From positions 53,444,001-53,508,000 of the forward strand of contig OX597820.1 in the NCBI GenBank assembly GCA_951406725.2: 64,000 nt of DNA. Reading direction: 5' to 3'. This stretch comes from Octopus vulgaris (Eukaryota). Below, one piece after another: positions 55,400 through 64,000 of this stretch (position 1 is its first letter; every line of letters starts with the position of its first letter). The notes beneath the pieces were generated by a model. The model saw only the letters and a program-made list of their open reading frames with translations, did not search any database and was not told where the DNA came from. The position numbers were made by a program, and so were the translations under genes.

Positions 55400-55844
55400 C
55401 AGTTTCCGTCTTCCAAATCGACTCACAAGGCTTTGGTTGGCCACAGGCTATATTCGAAGACACTTTCCCAATGAGCTACGCATATATATATATATATTTC
55501 TTTACTACCCACAAGGGGCTAAACACAGAGGGGACAAACAAGGACAGACAAAGGGATTAAGTCGACTACATCGACCCCAGTGCGTAACTGGTACTTAATT
55601 TATCGACCCCGAAAGGATGAAAGGCAAAGTCGACCTCGGCGGAATTTGAACTCGGAACGTAACGACAGACGAAATACGGCTACGAATTTCGCCCGGCGTG
55701 CTAACGTTTCTACCAGCTCGCCGCCTTCTACGCATATATATATAGGCGCAGGAATGGCTCTGTGGTAAGTAGCTTGCTTACCAACCATATGGTTCCGGGT
55801 TCAGTCTCACTGCGTAGCTCATTGGGAAATTGTCTTCGAATATA
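55400..55844. mobile_element. Rearranged SINE A (55400-55482 minus, 55741-55844 plus) interrupted by SINE D
   Basis: The two halves share a 34-bp inverted overlap. Confidence 0.8.
55493..55727 (-). mobile_element. SINE family D, young, with 17-bp TSD
   Basis: TSD ctacgcatatatatata at 55476-55492 and 55728-55744. Confidence 0.92.
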
Positions 55845-55924
55845 TATAATACATATATATACATGCACATATATGTATATGAATAAGTATAAATATATAA
55901 ATATATGTGTGTATATATATGTAC

Positions 55925-55995
<71 letters not shown>

Positions 55996-56015
55996 TATAT
56001 ACGCACATATATAAA

Positions 56016-56073
<58 letters not shown>

Positions 56074-56078
56074 TATGA

Positions 56079-56121
<43 letters not shown>

Positions 56122-56149
56122 TGTATGTATATATATATATATATAAATA

Positions 56150-56192
<43 letters not shown>

Positions 56193-57054
56193 CATAAAAT
56201 GTGGAGGTCACTAGCTGGCTGCTCAACCTGTAAGGAATAACACCTAAATATCCCGCAAATTGCTGTCACACCTCATAAAAAAATAAATAGAAGCATTATT
56301 TCTTTTTATACTTGTATACATCCCTTAACAAAAAAAAAAAAGAAAAAAAAGACTGGACAGTCACAGCCAAAGCAACTTTGATCCTAGATTTGCTCGGTTT
56401 GCACTGATCTATGGTTAAACAATAAAGTGCACTTATCTACACACGCGCATATTTGTACACAAAACCGACCACGCTCACGCACACACACACGCACTGTCTC
56501 TCACACGCTCTCTCACTCAAACACACACATTCATACACACATAAGGTATAAGTGTATGCTTTGAATATTATGACGCCCTATGCCGTGACGTTGATGTTTT
56601 TTTTCCTTAGTTTGTTTTTTCGTTTTTGATTTCCCACCAAAAGGTATTATTGATTTTGGCTACGGCTTGTCTGTCGTGACCTGGCCGATGCCATCACAGG
56701 TCTTCTTGCCATCGTATCACCTTTGTTGTCTAATCATGTCTTTTATCCCAACACTTCTACTGTAACAATGTTTTGCATTTTTTTTCCTCTCACATTTTTT
56801 TTTGTTATGATATCACAAATCTAGCGTCATCCCATCACGCCTGTCATTATATCGACTTTCATACCGTTTCCATACTACCATCATTTCCATTGTCATCGCA
56901 AGCTTCACATCTATAAGAGCAACAACAGCAAAAACCAACAGCAACAACAACAATAATAATAATCCTGTATGTAATGTTGTCACTGACCACAATAATAATG
57001 TTAACAACGGCATCAGTAACAATAACAACAACGACAATAATGATGATGATGATG

Positions 57055-57133
<79 letters not shown>

Positions 57134-57162
57134 TAACAACAACAACAACAATAATGATAATA

Positions 57163-57748
57163 AATGCCCTGATGCAGTACCAGACAGTGGCTAATGCCCT
57201 GGCGCAGTATCAGATATTGGATCTTATGGTTCCTGATCTTAACTGATTGGAAGTGTTATCATATACATTGTTTTGTCTTGGTATAAAAGATGGGCTACAG
57301 CAAATATTCTGCTCAATATAACAGATTTGCTTGTCAGTTGTTTGACCTTAACCGGTCGACCATGTCCCTTAGGGGCTGACGATAGGTGCATCTCTGACCA
57401 CGAGCAGAAGTAGTGGGGGAGTATCATAGCCATGTGTTGAGAGGGATTCTTTGGGGTTTGAATAATTCACCTTTGGAAACATGGGTGGTTCGTTCAACAT
57501 CCTTAAACAATCTTTATTCAGGAACCTTTTGAGCGGGATGAGCTACTCGACCAGAAGGAAATGCTACCTAGGCCCCAGCTACAAGGTCATGTGCCGTTTA
57601 TCTTGATATGAGATCACCATGTAGCGCACATATGGTTGTAATGCCATGCCTGGTGTACACTTATCAGACGGGTAGTCTTGACGGGTATACTGGGCTTCGT
57701 ATATTTTACCCCAGTGTCACTTTGATGGCATGCACTGCTCTCTCACTC
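57163..57748. mobile_element. Unclassified 586-bp element embedded in (AAT)n
   Basis: Complex, GC-richer block with sharp boundaries and in-phase (AAT)n on both sides; 30-bp tandem duplication at the left end. Confidence 0.55.
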
Positions 57749-57790
57749 AATAATAATAATAACAATAATAACAATAATAACAATAATAAC

Positions 57791-57860
<70 letters not shown>

Positions 57861-58250
57861 GTCCTGTATATAATGATTTTTACTAACCGCAACGGTTGAC
57901 TAAAAAATATAAAAGATAGAGAAAAATACATTGTAGTATTAAATATAATAAAAGGAAAAAAACATGGCAAAGAAATAAGAGAAAGCGATATCCTTCAAGA
58001 ACGGGTGAGACTTAGCAGCATTTCTTCCGTCTTTACGTTTTCAGTGAAGATTCTGCCGAGCTTGCAGATGTAATGGATTATCCCCTCCCACCAAAATTTC
58101 AGCCCTTGTGCCTATACTAGAAAGGATTATTATTATTAAGCTGGTACATATGCTAATTTAATTAGCAGGGATTTTATCATGTGTTTTGATGACAACATCT
58201 CTCGGCGAATACCAAGAATCATCCTTACTAGCATAATATAGAATGGTGCT

Positions 58251-58800
58251 AAGGCGGCGAGCTAGCAGAAACGTTAGCACGTCGGGCGAAATGCTTAGTT
58301 GTGAGTTCAAATTCCGCCGAGGTCGGCTTTGCCTTTCATCCTTTCGGGGTCGATAAATTAAGTACCAGTTAAGCACTGGGGTCGATATAATCGACTTAAT
58401 ACCTATGTCTGTCCATGTTTGTCTCCTCTATGTTTAGCCCCTTGTGGGTAATAAAGAAATAGGTATTTCGTCTTTACGTACTGGGTTCAAATTCCGCCGA
58501 GGTCGACTTTGCCTTTCATCCTTTCGGGGTCGATTAAATAAGTACCAGTTACGCACTGGTGTCGATATGATCGACTTAATCCGCTGGCTGTCATTGTTTG
58601 TCCCCTCTGTATTTAGCCCCTTGTGGGTAGTAAAGAAATAGGTATTTTGATTGTCTTTACGTTCTGAGTTCAAATTCCGGCGAGATTGGCATTGCCTTTC
58701 ATCCTTTCGGGCTCGATAAATTAAGTACCAGTTACGTACTGGGGTCGATCTAATCGACTGCGCCCCCTCCCCAACAATTATGGGCCTAGAGTAGAAAAGA
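58251..58800 (+). mobile_element. SINE family D trimer (units of 180 and 183 bp)
   Basis: Three units; TSD aatataga(a/c)tggtg at 58235-58248 and 58800-58813. Confidence 0.9.
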
Positions 58801-58814
58801 ATATAGACTGGTGG

Positions 58815-58948
58815 TTTTCTACAGGTCCACGTTGCGAGGTTCAATTCCAGATAACATTTTCGAGTTATGCCATTTTCGTGTGCATCAATTACTACAGGAA
58901 TAATTCTTGTCTTAGTTTTCCACATTCACCTGAGTTCTCCTGATAATA
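58815..58948 (-). mobile_element. R4/Dong-like endonuclease C-terminal fragment adjoining (GAA)n
   Basis: ELR*MWKTKTRIIPVVIDA resembles ELxRMWxxKxxIIPVVIGALG. Confidence 0.55.
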
Positions 58949-59120
58949 TTCTTCTTCTTCTTCTTCTTCTTCTTCTTCTTCTTCTTCTTCTTCTTCTTCT
59001 TCTTCTTCTTCTTCTTCTTCTTCTTCTTCTTCTTCTTCTTCTTCTTCTTCTTCTTCTTCTACTTCTTCTTCTTCTTCTACTTCTTCTTCTTCTTCTTCTT
59101 CTTCTCCTCCTCATCCTCCT
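58949..59120. repeat. (CTT)n microsatellite
   Basis: Direct reading. Confidence 0.95.
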
Positions 59121-59141
59121 CATTGCTCTTATTAATGCAGT

Positions 59142-59355
59142 GAAGCGGCAGAGTTGTTAGCACACCAGGCAATGTGCTTACCGGCATTTCGTCCGTCTTC
59201 TTCACGTTCTGAGTTCAAACTGCGCCGAAGTCGACCTTGCATTTCAACCATTCGAGCTCGATAAAATAAGTAGCAGTCAAGTAGTGGGGGATCGAGTTGA
59301 TCGAGTAGCCCCTTTCCCACAAATTTCAGGCCTTCTGACTATAGTAGAAGGAATT
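59142..59355 (+). mobile_element. SINE family D, diverged
   Basis: ggcatttcgtccgtc..gttctgagttcaaactgcgccgaagtcgacc. Confidence 0.75.
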
Positions 59356-59832
59356 ATTATTACCATGATTATAATTTCAAGAAGACGGATTAGGTTTAAC
59401 CAATTCAGAACAAAATATTATTAGTACTAGACATATCAATCCCCAAGGAAAACAGGCCAGACTAGTCAGCATTTGGTTTTAAAGTGAAATAGGAATAGTG
59501 AAGATGACAGTATGAAAGAATGCTCTAATTCTCGTCTCTTTGATCCGTGTTTGGTAATAAGTAACCAGATCTAAACTAGTGGGTGTACTTGTGGAGAAGT
59601 GGTGAATTTCATGCATCTACATTTACAAATCGCTGATGATAGATAAGTAAATTACCCAAAAGTACATGCACTCAGGTAAGCAGAGACGAATCAAATTATG
59701 CATGAGAACACACAAACGTGAAACCCCAACCTTTCAATCTCTCTTCCCCTCCACTCATTTTCTATCAGTATTTCTATATCTATCTATTTTTCTATATGTA
59801 TATATATGCGTGTGTGCGTGTTCGTGTGTGTG

Positions 59833-59835
<3 letters not shown>

Positions 59836-59877
<42 letters not shown>

Positions 59878-59885
59878 GTATATAT

Positions 59886-59933
<48 letters not shown>

Positions 59934-59941
59934 GTATATAT

Positions 59942-59980
<39 letters not shown>

Positions 59981-60058
59981 ACACGTATATATATACATAT
60001 ATACATATACATATATATATATATAAACATATATATATATACACATATATATATATAT

Positions 60059-60145
<87 letters not shown>

Positions 60146-60190
60146 CACACACACACACACATAAATATATATATATATATATATATATAA
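59836..60190. repeat. (TA)n compound microsatellite
   Basis: Direct reading. Confidence 0.95.
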
Positions 60191-60720
60191 TACATGTGGT
60201 CTACCGCTTCAGACTAGAGTCTGCTTCTTTGATCACACGTATATAGTGTATGACTTATGTCCAAATATCATATTTTCTCTGTTTTGGGTGCACATCTCAA
60301 GCTTCGAGAGGTGTCTATATCGCGGGCAGACTTAGGTATCTCTTGATCTTCACCCTCCTGACCTAGCCGAACATGCAGGTTATGAGAGTTTAGGGAGTCA
60401 GAGAGTTGCATCAGCTCTTAGCCGGTACTACGTTTGGTGTCGCCGATTAGATGAAAGGCAAGAAACATAGATATATATATATACATAATTACCTACCTAC
60501 ATACCAGCATAAATTACATACTTGCATAAATACGACCACTCATTGAAATATATATATATATATATGTGTGTCTGTGTTTGTGTGTGTGTGTAGGTGTGAA
60601 TGTGTGTATATATATGTGTGGGCACGCGCGCACATGTTTGTGTGTGTGTGTGCGTGTGTATATATATGTAAATATACATATGTAAATGTATATATATATA
60701 GAGAGAGTGAGAAAGAGAGA

Positions 60721-60769
<49 letters not shown>

Positions 60770-60883
60770 GTGGATATGTAGATGTAAGCATCTATGTATA
60801 TTTCTATATCTCTCGCTCTCGTTCTCTGTATATATGTACCATCTATCTATCTATCTAACAATCTCCTTCTCTCTCTCTCTCTG

Positions 60884-60914
<31 letters not shown>

Positions 60915-61117
60915 GTATATATATACATATATATATAGATAGATAGATATAGATATATATATATGATATAATATAATGAAATATTCTTACATAGAAATAT
61001 ATAAATACATTTATATACATATCAACACACAACGTGTATATATATATAATATAATTAAATATACTTATATAGAAACATATTATATAAATACATATATATA
61101 TATACTAACACACAGCG

Positions 61118-61148
<31 letters not shown>

Positions 61149-62842
61149 TAATATGTATAAGAATATGAATTTCAGATCAGACGTGGCCAGTGTATATTTC
61201 TGTAGTCTATATTTATACAATTACAAAACACACTTAACTATATTCTTTGATCTGTACTTACAAAGATATCTACGCATCAATGCAACTACTAAGTGCAGTA
61301 AGGCGAAACAACATCGATCAAATGACATCACAGCCTTTTACCGAATAAACACCCAGAAAAGGTGCATATTTTCCAGTTTTTTTCCGTTTTTCTTTTTCTG
61401 CGTGTGTGGTTTCAATGTATGTAATCTATTCTACTGTAAGTGACCAAAAATTCATCACATATTTCTACTTATATTTTCATAAATATTTATTATAGTCTAA
61501 CATTGATACTGGCAAGGGATACGGCCGGATGTATATTTTATCGACACTGAAAAGATAACAATTCGCCCACGAGGTGGCTTGACCTATGAACAGAGAAGGG
61601 GTTAAAGAAGCTGTTTTTGGTTATTTGCCCTCAAATTAACTCTGATTAAGCAAGTCTATCATCGAAGGAATTCCACCTGCGACCATCCATTATTTTTTAG
61701 AGTGATATGCTTGATTCTTTGTCCGCCGCGTAAATGAACTCTCACTTCTTCGGACAACATAACATTAACATGCGTATATCTCAGTATTCACGGACACGGG
61801 TAATTTTGCTATGTATTGAATGTGACGTGCTGTGACATGCGACCGTTTGGAATATAAGTAATATTTAAAAGGAAAATAAAAGGTGAGAGAGTGACATAAA
61901 AATCGGTCGCAATACTGGGCGGTTACCTTATAGACCTCGGAAATACGAAAAGTGAAATTAACGCGGTGAACATTGAAGGTCAGTCAGTCTGGTATTCTGA
62001 TGGTTCTGCAAATCGGTGCCAATCCAATGGAATTATAAGCTTTCATTTTATAATACATCATGTTTTGATAAAAACAGTAGAGCGTGATTCAGGAGGATTT
62101 AACTAATATTTCTAACCGGTAAAACGACCACAGACAGATTACTTTGGTCATTTGAGTCAGTGATCCACCATTTTTACCTACCGTCCGTTATAATATGATT
62201 CATGACAACAAGAAGTCTTACAACAATAGACTCAACTGCGACATAACTAGTCGAATTTTAACATTAAAATTACATTTATCAGTAAGCCCATGAGCCTTCA
62301 AACTCACGGCCCACCATTTTAGCAATAGCAGCAACTCTACATCAAATAGCACCCTGCCTTTTTAAACGTGGAAGGTGCACATTGGATAATGCTTTTCAAG
62401 ATATACTGTCGAAATAAATGACGGGATGACTACGGCTGGTGGCGGTGGGGGGGGGGGGGCATCTTTGTGTGAATGTTAGCTCAATCAGATATCTAGTACA
62501 ATAAAAGCAATGGCACTAATAACAAAAACAACTACAACACTAAGAATAGCAACAAATATTGCAAAAGTTTTCAATTCGCAATCAGTTAGCTCATTCTACA
62601 CAATATAATCTCTGTTCAATTTTAAAAACAAAATGTATTTCGGAGTTACTCTCCGTGCCTTTTTTTTTATCGTAATTATCATTAATACCAAAGATTTTTT
62701 TTTTTAATTCTAGGTGAAATTTTTATTGACTGAAGAATTTTTGTCTCATAACATTAAGTGAATTTGCTTCCACTTCTCTAAAGTACTTGATTCTGAAAGC
62801 AACCCTAGACAAAGTTTCCCATGTCATTATTTTAAAATGCCT

Positions 62843-63212
62843 AAGGCGGCGAGTTGGCACAAGCGTTAGCATGCCGGGCGAAATGCTTAGCGGTATTTCG
62901 TCTGCGGTTAGGTTCTGAGTTCAAATTCCGCCGAGGTTGATTTTGCCTTTCATCATTTCGGGGTCGATAAATTAATTACCAGTTACGCTCTGGGGTCGAT
63001 ATAATCGACTTAATCCGTCTGTCTGTCCTTGTTTGTCCCCTCTGTGTTTAGTCCCTTGTGGGTAGTAAAGAAATAGGTATTTCGTCTGCCGCTACCTTCT
63101 GAGTTCAAATTCCGCCGAGGTCGACTTTGCCATTCAGTTACGCACTGGGTCGATCTAGTCGATTGGTTCCCCTCCCCTCAAAATTTCGGGCCGTGTGTCT
63201 AGAGTAGAAAAG
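62843..63212 (+). mobile_element. SINE family D dimer (184-bp period)
   Basis: Two units; TSD attatttt(a/t)aaatgcct at 62826-62842 and 63213-63229. Confidence 0.9.
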
Positions 63213-63724
63213 ATTATTTTTAAATGCCTCATTATTAAATATCATTTGCACAGAAAATATTTACCTTCTCAGTCAAAAGAAATTCTGATATGCACGAGGT
63301 AGCTTATATTTTGCTGAGAAGGTTTGATAAGGCCGAAATGTACCCAGTGTTTTCACTGCTCTTTATAAAATTCAAACTCATTATTCATACTCTACTAAGT
63401 TTCCATTTTTTAAAAACTTTTGATAGATTTTGGTTTAGAAGTTATTTGCATTACTACAGCATTAAAGCCAACCTATTTTTTCTCTTCCTTGCCATTGCAA
63501 TTTAGCTGATAAACTCTCTTTATATTTGCTTCATTCTTTATTTACTCCTCCAACTCACCATAAAGATTTTTGTAATCGGCTGGATTTTAAACAAATATAA
63601 ATTTTTAAAAGAAAATCACGAAACCAAAAATCTTGTTGAACGAATTACAATGTTAATTATTAGTAACGTTAAAAGGAAAGACGTCGATGTGAGTTCAGGC
63701 ATTTGCAATCCTGATACGGTGAAC

Positions 63725-63778
<54 letters not shown>

Positions 63779-63796
63779 GAGGAGGAGGAGGAGGAG
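63725..63796. repeat. (TAG)n(GAG)n microsatellite
   Basis: Direct reading. Confidence 0.95.
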
Positions 63797-64000
63797 TTTC
63801 CGCTTTTGTTGTTGTTGCTGATGCTGCAGCAGCTGCAGCTATTGCTGTTCTTATGCAGCAATGAACCAGGCGTAATTTTTAACCATAGGGACGATGAGGT
63901 GAGAACCAAAAACACTTTGCCAAATAAAACAATATCTCAGCGTATGGGAATTCTAGAGACATATTCTACTTTCCTGTTTAGCCCCAGGCAAATCGTAATC

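Noticed and set aside
58434-58925. 163-aa ORF with repeated RNWYL..RPRKDERQSRPRRNLN
   Set aside because: Antisense read-through of the SINE D trimer fused to a short R4-like fragment

Overview
AT-rich eukaryotic non-coding DNA, intergenic or deep intronic, saturated with microsatellites ((TA)n, (CA)n, (TACA)n, (GATA)n, (AAT)n, (CTT)n) and transposable-element relics. I found no supportable host gene, rRNA, true tRNA or CRISPR. Nearly all ORF-track entries are microsatellite translations; the few real protein signatures belong to decayed transposons. The repeat landscape looks like an octopus (coleoid cephalopod) genome, which is an inference from recognition and not a database result. Content: four tRNA-headed SINE families (my labels A-D), CR1-like and RTE-like LINE fragments, several R4/Dong-like restriction-endonuclease LINE fragments, a full-length degenerate mariner, a DD37D-type Tc1/mariner relic, a Chapaev3-like relic and several MITEs. 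Most notable: (1) a 159-bp-arm fold-back element in a TA tract whose two arms each carry a minimal hammerhead-ribozyme-like motif with a compensatory U3-A8 core; (2) SINE-D dimers and trimers each bounded by a single target-site duplication; (3) a 56-bp inverted templated insertion copied from 1.4 kb away; (4) R4-like fragments abutting (TACA)n and (GAA)n tracts. Coordinates were read by eye, and boundaries of degenerate elements are approximate.
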